A DNA stretch of 64,000 nucleotides from an uncultured Chloroflexia bacterium (GCA_963709875.1 CAVPYB010000005.1:56721-120720), one strand, 5' to 3'; positions 48,706 through 59,785 are shown, numbered from the stretch's first letter. Program-made: numbers and translations. Notes: generated from the sequence alone by a model not told the origin.

Positions 48706-50988
48706 ATGGACCGACTCTCGATTTATTTATTGGGACCTTTTGACGTACAACTCGGGGATAAGAGCCTTGCGCGGGCATTCCGCACGCGCAAAGAGCGCGC
48801 CCTGCTGGCATATCTTGCTGTCGAGCAGCGCCAGCAGCACCGTCGTGAGGCTGTGGCAGAGCTGCTCTGGCCGGAGAGACCGGAGGGCTACGCCCGCACA
48901 AACCTGCGCCAGGCGCTCCTCGGGTTGCGCAGGGCGATCGGTGAGGGATTTATCCGTGTCTCGGATGAAATGATCCAGGTCGAGCCTTCGCAAACGATCT
49001 GGCTGGATGCGGATGCCTTCCGGACCAGCTACCGGCAGACCCTCAGCCACGCCCATCGCAGTGTGGACAGCTGCCCGGAGTGTGCCAACAGCCTTCAGGC
49101 GGCTGTCGAGTTCTACCGCGGGGATTTCATGGCGGATGTCTACCTGGGGGATGCGCAGGGATTCCAGGAATGGTGCGTGTTCAACCGCGAGCAGCATTTC
49201 CGCTATCTGCTGTCTTCCCTGCAGAGTCTGAGCGCTTTCCACCAGGGAAAGCGTGATTACGAGCTTGCGCACCAGTATGCCTGGCGGTATGTCAACCTGG
49301 CTCCACTGGAGGAGGCCGCCCACCGGCAGCTGATGACCGTCCTGGCGCTGAGCGGCAGGCGCACCGCGGCCCTGGAGCAGTTCCATGCCTGCAGCAGCCT
49401 GCTATCGAAGGAGCTGGCGGTTGAGACTTCGGCAGAGACGCAGGCATTGTACGAAAAGATCCGCGATGGGAAGCCGGTCATCGAGGCGCCAGGCAGCGGA
49501 AGTCTGAGGATCCCGAACAACCTGCCCGCCGGGCTGACATCTATTTTTGGCAGGGATGATGAGCTGGATGCGCTCGACGACTGTCTCGTCAAGCCTGCCT
49601 GCCGGCTGATCACGCTGGTGGGCATGCCCGGCGCCGGCAAGACACGCCTGGCTTTGCAGACCGCCCGGCAGAGGTTGGATAGTTTCCCGGATGGGGTCTG
49701 GTACACTGCCCCGGGCAGCCGCCATCCCGAAGGTACCCTGGCGGATAAGCTGCTCGCCAGCCAGGGCATCACCGTCCAGCTCCAGCTTTCACCCAAGGAA
49801 CAGCTGCTCACCAGGCTGCGTTCGATGCGCTGCCTGCTGGTGCTGGATAATTTCGAGCTGCACCTGGATGAGACCGGGCTGCTGATCGAGCTGCTGCAGC
49901 ACGCGCCGCGGGTAAAGATTCTGCTGACCACCCAGGAAAGGCTCAACTACCAGGCTGCCTGTGTCTTCCAGATCGCAGGATTGCCGTGCGGGGAGGCGCC
50001 ACCCACGGGCGCAGCTCATGAGACCCCCTCGGTAAACCTTTTTCTGGCGCGGGCGCAGCACAGCCGCAGCGGATTTACGCTGAGCGATGAAAACGCCGGC
50101 TATATCGCGGACATTTGCAGGAAAGTGGAGGGCCTGCCGCTGGCGATCGAGCTGGCGGCGGCAGCGCTGCGGGATCACAGGTGTGAGGAGATCGCCGCCA
50201 GCCTGGACGAGGGGCTGGGTATGCTGAGCACCTCCATGCTGGATGTACCTGCCGTGCATAGAAGCATGCGCAGCGCGTTCGAACGCCCGTGGGGCCGGCT
50301 GAGCCGGGGGCAGCAGGACCTGATCGTCCGCCTGGCCAGTTGTACCGGCGAGTTTACTCCCTCGGAAAGCGGCGCCAGCCAGGCAGAGCTGGATGAGCTG
50401 CTGGACCGCAGTCTGCTCGAGACGCGTGCTCCAGGGCGTTTCCGCATGCACCCGCTTGTGCGGCTGTTCCTGCTGGAAAAAACAGCCTCGAGCAATGCTC
50501 TGTTGACGCCCGGTCCGGCAGAGCTTCCGGGCAGGCATATGTTCTGGGACCGGCTGGAGCACATGCTCGCACGGGCTAGGCGTTACGCGCAGACCGCGGC
50601 GGTCATCCTGCTCACCACTGCAGATGTGGGCGGGCAAGCCGACATGGCTGGCAGCCAGGACCAGAAGGTGCTGCGGCAGTTATTACGCTGCCTGCGCAAG
50701 AGCGATACTGCTGTCCTGCTGGATCGCGGCCTATATGGGATTATCCTGGAGGATCTCTCAAGGGCGGAGGACAGCCTGCTGGTGGGCGATAAGTTCACCA
50801 AGGCGCTGAGTCCATCGCCTGGCTCTGACGATCCTATGATGCCTCGGTTCCATATGGGGATCAGCATCTACCCGCGCGATGGGCAGGAAGCTCGGATGCT
50901 GGTCGAGCGCGCAGAATCCGCCATGCAGCAGGCGGCAGAGACGGGCGAGTGCTGCAGGATGTATGGGGGAATAGAGAGTAGAGAGTAG
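48706..50988 (+). CDS. SARP-family regulator: wHTH-BTAD, NB-ARC-like NTPase, degenerate GGDEF
   Basis: RALLAYLA, LLWP..ARTNLRQAL, YRGDF, PLEEAAHRQLM; GMPGAGKT, LLVLDNFE, GLPLAIELAA; MGISIYPRDG..L...AESAM. Confidence 0.9.
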   Translation: MDRLSIYLLGPFDVQLGDKSLARAFRTRKERALLAYLAVEQRQQHRREAVAELLWPERPEGYARTNLRQALLGLRRAIGEGFIRVSDEMIQVEPSQTIWLDADAFRTSYRQTLSHAHRSVDSCPECANSLQAAVEFYRGDFMADVYLGDAQGFQEWCVFNREQHFRYLLSSLQSLSAFHQGKRDYELAHQYAWRYVNLAPLEEAAHRQLMTVLALSGRRTAALEQFHACSSLLSKELAVETSAETQALYEKIRDGKPVIEAPGSGSLRIPNNLPAGLTSIFGRDDELDALDDCLVKPACRLITLVGMPGAGKTRLALQTARQRLDSFPDGVWYTAPGSRHPEGTLADKLLASQGITVQLQLSPKEQLLTRLRSMRCLLVLDNFELHLDETGLLIELLQHAPRVKILLTTQERLNYQAACVFQIAGLPCGEAPPTGAAHETPSVNLFLARAQHSRSGFTLSDENAGYIADICRKVEGLPLAIELAAAALRDHRCEEIAASLDEGLGMLSTSMLDVPAVHRSMRSAFERPWGRLSRGQQDLIVRLASCTGEFTPSESGASQAELDELLDRSLLETRAPGRFRMHPLVRLFLLEKTASSNALLTPGPAELPGRHMFWDRLEHMLARARRYAQTAAVILLTTADVGGQADMAGSQDQKVLRQLLRCLRKSDTAVLLDRGLYGIILEDLSRAEDSLLVGDKFTKALSPSPGSDDPMMPRFHMGISIYPRDGQEARMLVERAESAMQQAAETGECCRMYGGIESRE

Positions 50989-50991
50989 TAA

Positions 50992-51442
50992 TCAGCGATC
51001 CACCGGCGGCAGCCGGGCGGCGTTCAGCCAGTAGATCCCAATCGCATTCATTACTTCCAATAATCCCGTGAAGCTGACCGGCTTGGGGATATAGCCGCTG
51101 ATGCCGATGTCGTAGGTGCGCAGCACATCTTCCTCGGCGCGGGAGGTGGTCAGGACGACCACTGGTATGCGGCGCAGCTCAGGGTGGGCTTTGATCTCCT
51201 GCAGCGCCTCGCGGCCATCCATACGGGGCATATTTAAATCCAACAAAATTGAAATCGGGCAGCGGCCAGTCTGCCCGGTCTTCGTATTTCCCACGCTGGA
51301 GCAGATAATCGAGCAGCTCTTCGCCGTCCTCGACGACGTACAGCCGGACGTTGAGCTGGTTCTCATCGATCGCCTCGCCGATCAAATAGCGGTCGTCCGG
51401 GTCGTCCTCAGCAAGCAATATTCTTATCGGTTTGGCGTTCAT
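50992..51442 (-). CDS. Single-domain response regulator (Rcp-like), frameshift near 51255
   Basis: ILLAEDDPDD; ILLDLNMP.MDGRE.L, IPVVVLTTS, KPV. Confidence 0.88.
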
Positions 51443-53271
51443 AGGGGCAAATCTCCGCTTTTCTGGCTGGTGGGCAGGTCGATAATGAAGGTCGTCCCCG
51501 CACCCGGGCTGCTGCGGGCGGTAATACTGCCACCGTGGCGCTCTACGATCTTGCGACAGATGGCAAGCCCCATGCCGGTGCCCTCGTACTCGTCGCGCCC
51601 GTGCAGGCGTTGGAAGGGCTGGAAGATGCGGTCCAGGTATTTCTCATCGAAGCCGATGCCGTTGTCGCGAACCTGGATCTGGTAGGTCCCGTTCTCACCG
51701 CTGTCCGGGCTGGCGATCTCGATGACCGGCTCCACGCCCGGCTGCTGGTATTTCAGGGCGTTGGAGACCAGGTTCTGCAGCAGCTGGTACATCTGGGTGG
51801 GGTCGGCTTCCAACGTGGGCAGGCTGGCGAGGTCGATGCTGGCGTGACTCTGCTCGATCTGCAGGTCCAGGTCGTTGAGCACCTTGCGGGCAACCTCGTT
51901 CAGGTCGACCTGGGTGAAGGGGCGTGCGCGGGTGGTCACGCGCGAATATGCCAGCAGGTCGTTGATCAGGTCGTAAAGCCGGTGGGCAGAGTAGTCCATG
52001 CGGTCGAGATAATCCTGCCCGCGCTCATCGATCACGCCAGCGTAGCGCTTCTGCAGCAGCTCGCTGAAGGTGAGGATCTTACGCAGCGGTTCCTGCATAT
52101 CGTGGGAAGCAATATTGGCGAAGTCCTGCAGCTCGCGGTTGCTGCGTTCCAGCTCGGCAGCGTATTCCTGCATTGCATTCTCGGCGCGGTCGCGCTCCAG
52201 CTTGCGCTGCTCCAGAGCGGCAGCCATCTGGTCAAAGGAGGCGGCGAGCTGCCCGAGCTCGCCCTGGTCGTGCGGGATAGTGGTGCGGGCGCTGAGATCG
52301 CCGTCTGCGAGCTGCTGGGTGGTCTGCAGCAGGGAGCGGGTCTGGCGCATGATGATCAGCTCCGCCAGGACGAAGGCTGCTGCGGCTGCCAGCAGGGTGG
52401 CGATTCCTAGGAAGATCAGGTTGCGCATCAGGGTGCGGTTGGCTTCGGCGTACGCCACCTGGGTGGGGATGCCCATGATCACCTTTACGCTGCCATCGCC
52501 GCTTTGCATAGGTGTCATTGCGTAGAGGCGCGGGATGCCGTCCGGTCCATCCGCAACCAGGGAGCCCTCTCCCTGGATATATAACGGGAAGAGCGGCGAA
52601 TCTTGTTCCAGGGTTTCTCCAGTCCACTGTCTTGGATCGGGATAGTGAGTCAGGTAGTTGCTCTCATCATCGAGCACAGCCAGGGTCGAACCCGGGGGCA
52701 GCTTCGCCTGGGAGGCCACCTCGTTAAGCCAGGTCAGGTCCATACTGATGTTAATGATACGGATGAACTCCCCCTGGTCATCATCGACCGGGTAGGCCAT
52801 CGCAAGGATCGCCTTGCCGGTGCCGCGGCAGATATGGTAATTGCTGACTACGAAATCGTGGGTGGCGAGAGCCATTTTATAATGGTCGCACTCATCCAGA
52901 TTGTCGGGAACATGGGTGTTCGGAGCGCTGCAGACGACATTGGCGTTCAAGTCGGCGACGTAAAATGAGGCATACTGCGGGTAGTGTTCGGTGAATAAAT
53001 GGGTGAATAACTCCTGGCATTCGTCGAGATCGGCGGCGCGCATGGCGGGCATGTGGGAGAGGGCGACCAGGAAGACACGCGTGTTCTCAACGAATGTCTC
53101 CTGGTTGATGGTTGCCAGGTGTGCCAGGTGCAGGACTTCGGACTGGACGGTGGCAGTAGCCTGCCTGCGCTGCTCCATCCCTGAGTAGATCATCAGTGCC
53201 AGGGCGGGCAGCGCGGCGATCAAGACAAACACTACCAAACGGACGCGCAGGCTTGTAAACAGTTTCTGCAT
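51439..53271 (-). CDS. Membrane sensor histidine kinase (Cache-HAMP-HisKA-HATPase)
   Basis: Two TMs, GELGQLA..FD.M, ASHDMQEPLRK, NLVSNALK, DNGIG, GTGMGL. Confidence 0.93.
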   Translation of the reverse strand: MQKLFTSLRVRLVVFVLIAALPALALMIYSGMEQRRQATATVQSEVLHLAHLATINQETFVENTRVFLVALSHMPAMRAADLDECQELFTHLFTEHYPQYASFYVADLNANVVCSAPNTHVPDNLDECDHYKMALATHDFVVSNYHICRGTGKAILAMAYPVDDDQGEFIRIINISMDLTWLNEVASQAKLPPGSTLAVLDDESNYLTHYPDPRQWTGETLEQDSPLFPLYIQGEGSLVADGPDGIPRLYAMTPMQSGDGSVKVIMGIPTQVAYAEANRTLMRNLIFLGIATLLAAAAAFVLAELIIMRQTRSLLQTTQQLADGDLSARTTIPHDQGELGQLAASFDQMAAALEQRKLERDRAENAMQEYAAELERSNRELQDFANIASHDMQEPLRKILTFSELLQKRYAGVIDERGQDYLDRMDYSAHRLYDLINDLLAYSRVTTRARPFTQVDLNEVARKVLNDLDLQIEQSHASIDLASLPTLEADPTQMYQLLQNLVSNALKYQQPGVEPVIEIASPDSGENGTYQIQVRDNGIGFDEKYLDRIFQPFQRLHGRDEYEGTGMGLAICRKIVERHGGSITARSSPGAGTTFIIDLPTSQKSGDLPL

Positions 53272-53381
53272 AAATCCCCTCGAAGAGGCCGACCCCGTCA
53301 AGTATTTTGGTATAGAATGACGTTATCGCCTCATATATGATTATATAGGAAAAATTGGGAAATCGATATAGCGATTCGGGG

Positions 53382-54191
53382 CTATCTTACCTGCATTACT
53401 CTGACTTCGAATGGGGCGCTTTTCCCTTTCAGTTCTAAATTTCTCTTTTCCAAATTCGACCCATCCAATTCTGCCACATGTATGGTTGCCTCACTCAACA
53501 AGATTTCGCCTGTTTTGGCGTGTGAAGCCAGCCTGGCGGCGACATTTACTGTGTCGCCTAGAGCAGTGATATCAATTATTCCATCCAAAGTGCCAACAGC
53601 GCCTACAAATGCTACCCCCGTGTGGACACCAATGCCGACCGGTGCCCAGGGTCCGTTTGGGTCTTGATGTCCTGTCTCGACCAAGATTTCTTCTGCGGCG
53701 CGGACAGCCAAACCCGCATAATCCTGACCGGCGACGCCGGGAAAGTAAAAGGCGATTACTTCATCCCCGATCAGTTTGTCGACAAATCCATCTGTCTTGA
53801 TGAATATGCTGGTGGAAACCCGGTAAAAGCGGTCGATCAAATTCTTGAAATCTGCGGTGTTCATATTTTCTGCCAGGGATGTGGAGCCGCGAATGTCTGC
53901 AAAAACCATCGAAAGCTCGATCTCTGCACCGCCTTGATATTTCATGGCAAAATCCTCGCAAACGTTGCAAAATCGAGGGTTATGCAAGGAGGGTTTTTTC
54001 TTAAACATGGTATGGATAAGCGAAGACGCCGGGTGGTCAAAAGGTAAATCGCACCACTTACATTTCGTTTTCGAAGGAAACAATCTGAATATCCTGCGGT
54101 TGCGTTTCTCTTTCTCAGATTCACCCAGAGTCAGCAGATCACGCCAGGTATTTTCAATAAAGAGATCATGCTCGGATTTTTCTACAGACAT
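53382..54191 (-). CDS. Class III adenylate/guanylate cyclase with N-terminal Cys4 motif
   Basis: FADIRGST, DKLIGDEV, GIGVHTG, DITALGDTVNVAARL; CKWC...CNVC. Confidence 0.92.
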   Translation of the reverse strand: MSVEKSEHDLFIENTWRDLLTLGESEKEKRNRRIFRLFPSKTKCKWCDLPFDHPASSLIHTMFKKKPSLHNPRFCNVCEDFAMKYQGGAEIELSMVFADIRGSTSLAENMNTADFKNLIDRFYRVSTSIFIKTDGFVDKLIGDEVIAFYFPGVAGQDYAGLAVRAAEEILVETGHQDPNGPWAPVGIGVHTGVAFVGAVGTLDGIIDITALGDTVNVAARLASHAKTGEILLSEATIHVAELDGSNLEKRNLELKGKSAPFEVRVMQVR

Positions 54192-54273
54192 GTTGTTCTT
54201 CCTTATATGGATGCTGTTTTGCGGTGGCGCCACCACAAAACAGCATCCATATCACTTGATGTTGATAAAACTT

Positions 54274-57200
54274 CTAGTAATGGCGGGCATCGTCATGCTG
54301 AGTTGCCCTTTGCAAGCGCTCACATAACATTCGCATCACTGCCAGGCTGACTTCCGGTCGCTCACGGAGCAACCCCTCGAAGCTCTTCTGATCCAGGCAA
54401 AGCAGTTGCACGTCTCCCACGGCGATCAGCGTTGCGCTGCGCAAGTTGCCGCTAATCACAGACATCTCGCCAACCGGTTCGCCGGGTTTTCGTCGTGCCA
54501 CTTCCACATCATCATGATCCTCGTGTTTGACTATAACGCGCACTTCTCCTGAGGCGACAACGTACATCTCGTCCCCTGGTTCATCCTGCTCGAAGATGAT
54601 CTCCCCGTCTAAGTAGTGCTGCTCGGTTGCAATTGAGGCAACGCGCTTCAGATCAACCGGAGAAAGATCGGCCAGGAGGGATACGCGGCGGAGCAGCAAG
54701 ATGCGCTCCATCATTGAAAGCGTAGCGGGTGTGCTCATCGGTTCACCATTTCCCAGGGATAAGGCGGCAACTTCACGGACAAAATCGTCTGTGTCCGTTT
54801 GCGCTAAATGAGAGAGTAATTCGTTTACCTTCGGATCAGAGGCCGGACCGGATGCAAATGCGGCGCAGGCACGCAGCCAGCCATCTGTCTCGCTTTCCAG
54901 CATATTTATTATAATTTCGTCTAAAGGGTGTTTTTCCGGTGTAGTTTCAAGTGGTTCCCAGAGATCCAGCATGGGTCGAATGAGGCTGGCATCACGGACG
55001 GTTTCGAGTGTCTCGATAGCATAGGCGCGCTGGTTGGCGTTGCGGCTTTTCAGGTTGTCCACTGCCTCATGAATGGCATCCCGATCGTTCAGCAAGCCCA
55101 GAGCCTTGACTGCATTTAAGCTGTCATGGCGGGCGCGATCGCGGAGCAATTCGGCGAGCAGCTGCAATGGGCCGTCACCGGCGTGCGCGTCGATTGACCG
55201 CCAGAGATCGTGATAGCGCAAGGCACTTGAAATGCGATCCTGTGCATACACGTGCAGATTAGTCGCAAACTGGCGGGGTGAAAACAGCTCCAGCACCTGC
55301 AAAGCGCCGTCTTCTGAGGCAGGATCGTCCAGTTTTATTAATACGCCGTCCAGCATCTGGGTACCGATGCGGGATAGCCCCAAAACCACACCCTCGCGCA
55401 CTCCCAGATCATTATCCGAAAGGCAATCGAGCAACACCGTGGTGGCGTTGCTTCCATATGAGCCCAGGGAGACAGCCGCCGCACGACGAATTGGCGAGGG
55501 GGCAGTTTGGTCGGTCAGTTCAGCCTCGATGAGCGGGTAATCTCCCATGTCGCCCCACTCCGCCAGCGCCTGAATGGCATGAATACGGTCATCACGCTCC
55601 GCCGTGATGGCCATCGAGCGCAGCATTTCATGGGCGTCTGATTGACTGCCAAGTCTCAGCAGCTCTAATGCTGCCCGGCTGCGTACGTACCCATCCGGAT
55701 CAGCCAGAACTGGCTCCAGATGAACGCTCAAAGCGCGTGAACCTAGGGTCAGTGTGCGCAGGGTTTCGATCGCTTCTGCACGCACTTCGGCGTCGGGGTC
55801 ATGCAGCAGCGACGAGGACCTCCAGAATGGCTGATGATGCACCCTGGCGCGCCAGGGACTTCAATGAGGCTGCCTTCACTTCGCTTTGTGAATCATCTAA
55901 TGCAGCTAACAATGCCTCTTGTGCTTGGGGTTCATCCAGGTAGCCGAGCACTTCCGCGGATGTGCGGCGGACCAGCGATTCCGCATGTGCCATACCATGT
56001 AATGCCACATCGACAGTTGTGGCATCCTGACGGAACACGTCAAATGATCCTTGCTCGGCTGCAAACAGAGTTGGGCGACCTAACTGCAGGGCATCTACAA
56101 GGGCACGTTTGTAGGCACGGCTCGCACGCCAAATGACAAAACAGGTGCCTATCGCCGTCCCCAGGCCAACCAGGTAGAGCTGCTGCGGCAAAAATGCTTG
56201 TTCGCCCACCAACAGGATTGCTCCGGCGATGAAGGTGCCTGCTTGCGATGGCACACCGTTTATGAATGCCTGTACCTGGGCGCGGCGCTCTATCGGAACG
56301 GGATTGAACATAGCCTGCCAGGCAGAAGCAGCAATACCGGTTAACCAGAGCATATTGATGAAGCGGAAGGCAGCGATGGCAGCAAATACTTCATAGGCAG
56401 CCAGCACGCCAAAGCCGATCATGTAGATGACCGGTAAGACCAGGATCATCGACATGATGCCGAAGCGTGCAAACAGCCGGTTAGCCAGGAACAGCGAGAC
56501 CAGGAAAGCTCCGCCTGTGGTCAAGGCGTTGAATAACCCTAAGAAGCTGGCCAGGGCATCTTCATCTACAAATTGAGCGGCTGCTCCCTTGGAGAATGGC
56601 AGCGCAATCGAGAAGAATAGGATCGAAAACAAGATTGCAGAGACCGAAACCAGACGCATGAGTTCCGAGCGACGGACGTAGGTGTAGCCTTTCTGCATCT
56701 CGGCGATAAAGCCGGGCTGATTTCGTCGAGCTCGTCTGGAGCGGATCGCTTGCTGCGTGCCTTGACTCACCAGCGCTCTCCCTAAAACTGAGGCGAGCAA
56801 CATGGCTCCAGCCATGACCAGCAGTAATATCTCACTACCCATCCATCTGACCAGCAGGCTGGTGCCCAATCCTCCCAGCACCGCGCCGAGGATGCGTCCG
56901 GTATTGAACAGCGGGAACAGGCGCTTGATCTGGCGGGTATCACACATCAGGCTGGCAAGTCCCCAGACGACCAGGTTGATCAGCGAATCGATCACAGCCA
57001 TACCCAGCCACAACGCCGGGTAAATCGCATTCACTTGCGTATAAAGCAAAGCCCAGCCACCGACGAGAACCACCGCGGTCACAACCGGCACGACCACGAA
57101 AAGCTTTTCCTGCTGAACGCGCCCCAGCAGAGCGGTGATCCCAAGCGTAATGAAGAATGAAAGCACGCCAAGCGCCATATACATATATGGCAGGAATTCC

Positions 57201-57346
57201 ACCCCAAATCGTGCGAAGAACAGGGCCTCAGCGCCTGTAGTACCTAAGGTGAAGCCAGCTGAGGTAACCAGCATAATACCGATCAGGAGGGAGGCCATCC
57301 GCTCCTCTCCCGGGCGTATTTTTAATACCGCAGCTATTCTGATCAT
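54274..57346 (-). CDS. Npt1/Npt2-like (TLC/MFS) transporter fused to HEAT repeats and a cNMP-binding domain; frameshift near 55803
   Basis: ALF..RFGVEFLPYMY, RQIKRLFP; HEAT repeats; IFEQDEPGDEMY..SG.V, GEMS..RSAT. Confidence 0.88.
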
Positions 57347-57451
57347 ATTCTTACATCAGGCAGGCATCACAGGCCAAGAACATATGGGTTCCGTATCATG
57401 CGTCTTGGTGATTAGATGAACTTGAGAAGATTTTATCAGTTTCGAGTGGGA

Positions 57452-58048
57452 TTAAGGCGTTACGATTACCCCGTAATTTTCGAGCAGTTCCACAAGGTCG
57501 AGGATCTCTGGCGAGAAGGATGCCTCGATATCTGCCTTCTCCATGATGTCAGCAATGCTCAGCGGCCTGGCATTCGGGAACGGCAAGTGGAACAGGAATC
57601 GGCCTTGCGGCTGGGTCAGGCTGATGCGGCGCTCTTTACGGTCCCTGCCGTTGCCGGACCAGATGGTGACGACGCTGATCGCCTGTCCGCCGCGGGCAGT
57701 GGTGAAATTGGCGCCCGAATTCTGCTTCTCCCTTATCTTGCGCTCCTGCTCACCGGGAGGGCCATCCCGCCGGACCAGTTCCAGGTCGATATCCAGGTGG
57801 ATATGCCTTTTTGTGAGTGTGTAGCGGTAATACGGTCGCTTCTTCTCGTAGACCTCTGTCTTGGATATGATGCCTAGAGATGCCATTGCTTCCAAGAAAT
57901 CCTGGGAGGTCTGGATGTGCAGCCCCAGCCGGGAGGCAGCTTCGGAGGCGGAGATATCCTGGTAGTTGACCAGCAAGCTGAAGAAATCCTCGGCGTAATC
58001 TTTCGCCAGGAAATTTCCAAGTAGGGCGGCGGTCTTGAAATCAGACAT
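57452..58048 (-). CDS. Winged-HTH (ArsR-like) regulator with uncharacterised C-terminal domain
   Basis: SASEAASRLGLHIQT.QDFLE..LGI..RPYYRY. Confidence 0.75.
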   Translation of the reverse strand: MSDFKTAALLGNFLAKDYAEDFFSLLVNYQDISASEAASRLGLHIQTSQDFLEAMASLGIISKTEVYEKKRPYYRYTLTKRHIHLDIDLELVRRDGPPGEQERKIREKQNSGANFTTARGGQAISVVTIWSGNGRDRKERRISLTQPQGRFLFHLPFPNARPLSIADIMEKADIEASFSPEILDLVELLENYGVIVTP

Positions 58049-58057
58049 ACTATGCTC

Positions 58058-58870
58058 CTACGAGAAGGCGCTAAGACCCAGGGCATCCATGCGGTCGATG
58101 ATGCGCACACCCTCGCCGCGCCTGAACAGCTCGAAGAATTCAATGAACAAACCACCCAACGATTCGCAGAGCTGGTTGAAGGACAGGTCCTCCTGGTAGG
58201 TGAGGTAATCATTCATCGCAATATTCACCGCCACATTGCCGTCCAGATCGAAAGAGACCCAGGTCTTTTCATCGTGACCGGCACGCAGGTCGAAGAGCAG
58301 GCTGTATTCCCGACCGGACATAACCGGTAGGAAGAACACCTTCTCAGGTTCGATACGGGTGACGGCGATCAGATTTTTTGAAGCGAATTGCGCAAACTCC
58401 AGGATTTCCTTACGGGAGCCTTCGATGCTGCCGGCAGGGTAAGGCCGTCCGGTGTAGCCATCCGCAGATTCCTCAACCGGCATGGCCGCAAGCTCCAGGA
58501 TCTCACGGCCGCGCCACTTGCTTCTTTTATTGATCGCCAGGTTGACTGCCCAAATGCCGAAGAACAGCGCCGAGAGCAAGAAGATTGTGGATGGAAGGAA
58601 GTTCTCGCGCGGCATTCCGTAGGCGATGCTGGTGCACAACATCGCCATCGAGAACTGGAACAGGCTGATAACCAGATAGCCTGTATTGCGGGTCAGGAAG
58701 TACATAAAGAGGGAATACAGACCGTAGATGAAGACCAGAGCACCCATTACGAGTAAAGCAGTCTCGAACCCGGTGAAGATCAATGTCACGAAGGAGATCA
58801 AGTAGATCGCACCGATCAGCATTAGATCAGTGAAAGACTGGCTGGTTTTGAGCTTTCTATAGTAAAACAT
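58058..58870 (-). CDS. Hypothetical membrane protein (paralog B)
   Basis: 4 TMs then KWRGREILELAA.PV, GYTGRP, DLSFNQLC, GEGVRIID. Confidence 0.8.
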   Translation of the reverse strand: MFYYRKLKTSQSFTDLMLIGAIYLISFVTLIFTGFETALLVMGALVFIYGLYSLFMYFLTRNTGYLVISLFQFSMAMLCTSIAYGMPRENFLPSTIFLLSALFFGIWAVNLAINKRSKWRGREILELAAMPVEESADGYTGRPYPAGSIEGSRKEILEFAQFASKNLIAVTRIEPEKVFFLPVMSGREYSLLFDLRAGHDEKTWVSFDLDGNVAVNIAMNDYLTYQEDLSFNQLCESLGGLFIEFFELFRRGEGVRIIDRMDALGLSAFS

Positions 58871-58880
58871 TAATCCCTTC

Positions 58881-59693
58881 CTAGGAGAATGGGTTCAAGC
58901 CTACGGCGTCCATGTGGTCGATGATGCGCACACCCTCGCCGCGCCTGAACAGTTCAAGGAACTCCACGAACAGTTTGCCCATAGAATCGCAGAGCTGGTC
59001 GAAGGATAGATTTTCTTTGTACGTCAGGTAATCCTCTCTCGAGATGTTCACGGTGACATTGCCATCGAAATCGATGGCTACCCAGGTATCCTGTGAGTAG
59101 TCCTGGTGCAGCCCGACGGCGATGCCAAATTCCCTGCCCATCTTGACTGGCACGAAGACGACTTTGTCCTTTTCGACGTATGTTGCGGCGATCATATTGC
59201 GGGTGACAAACTCAGCGAACGCCAGTATCTCTCTATCATGGAAATCTTCTTTTCCTGCGGGGAGAGGACGACCGGTGAAGCCATTCTGTAATTCGTCCAC
59301 AGGGATCGCAGCCAGTTCAAGGATCTCTCGTCCACGCCATTTGGTGCGTTTATTGATGGTCAGGTACGCCAGCCACAGACCAAAAAAAATGAAGCTGATG
59401 AGGAAAATTAAGTGAAGTCGGGAAGAAGGGTTGTTAATTGAACCGGCGAAGGTCCAGCAGAATAACGCCATCGAGATCTGATAGAGGCTGGCTATCAGGT
59501 AGCCGGTAGACCTGGTGTTCGAATAGGCTATAAAGGAATAGACAGCATAAGTGAAGACCAGGATTCCAATGACACGGAATCCTGTCTCCCAGCCAAAGAT
59601 CACTGCTGAGATGGCGAAGATGGTCAGGATTGCAAGGGCTGGAATTAACCCAGTGATAGACCGGTCGGGTTTTAGTTTATGACTGAGATACAT
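58881..59693 (-). CDS. Hypothetical membrane protein (paralog A)
   Basis: Same length (270 aa) and motifs as 58058..58870; SD GGAGG. Confidence 0.8.
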   Translation of the reverse strand: MYLSHKLKPDRSITGLIPALAILTIFAISAVIFGWETGFRVIGILVFTYAVYSFIAYSNTRSTGYLIASLYQISMALFCWTFAGSINNPSSRLHLIFLISFIFFGLWLAYLTINKRTKWRGREILELAAIPVDELQNGFTGRPLPAGKEDFHDREILAFAEFVTRNMIAATYVEKDKVVFVPVKMGREFGIAVGLHQDYSQDTWVAIDFDGNVTVNISREDYLTYKENLSFDQLCDSMGKLFVEFLELFRRGEGVRIIDHMDAVGLNPFS

Positions 59694-59737
59694 TTGATTT
59701 CCCTCCCAAGATAATCAACGACTTAGTACGATATGTA

Positions 59738-59785
59738 TATACTTCAATTTAATTGAAGTATACAATTTAATGTTTCGTTTGTCAA
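59738..59785 (-). promoter_or_regulatory. Sigma70 promoter with perfect 12-1-12 palindromic operator
   Basis: TTGACA-N17-TATACT; TATACTTCAATT-T-AATTGAAGTATA at 59738-59762. Confidence 0.75.

Noticed and set aside
53382-57346. Pycsar anti-phage system
   Set aside because: The cyclase has adenine-type specificity residues, and the partner is a large MFS-HEAT-cNMP protein rather than a PycTM or PycTIR effector.
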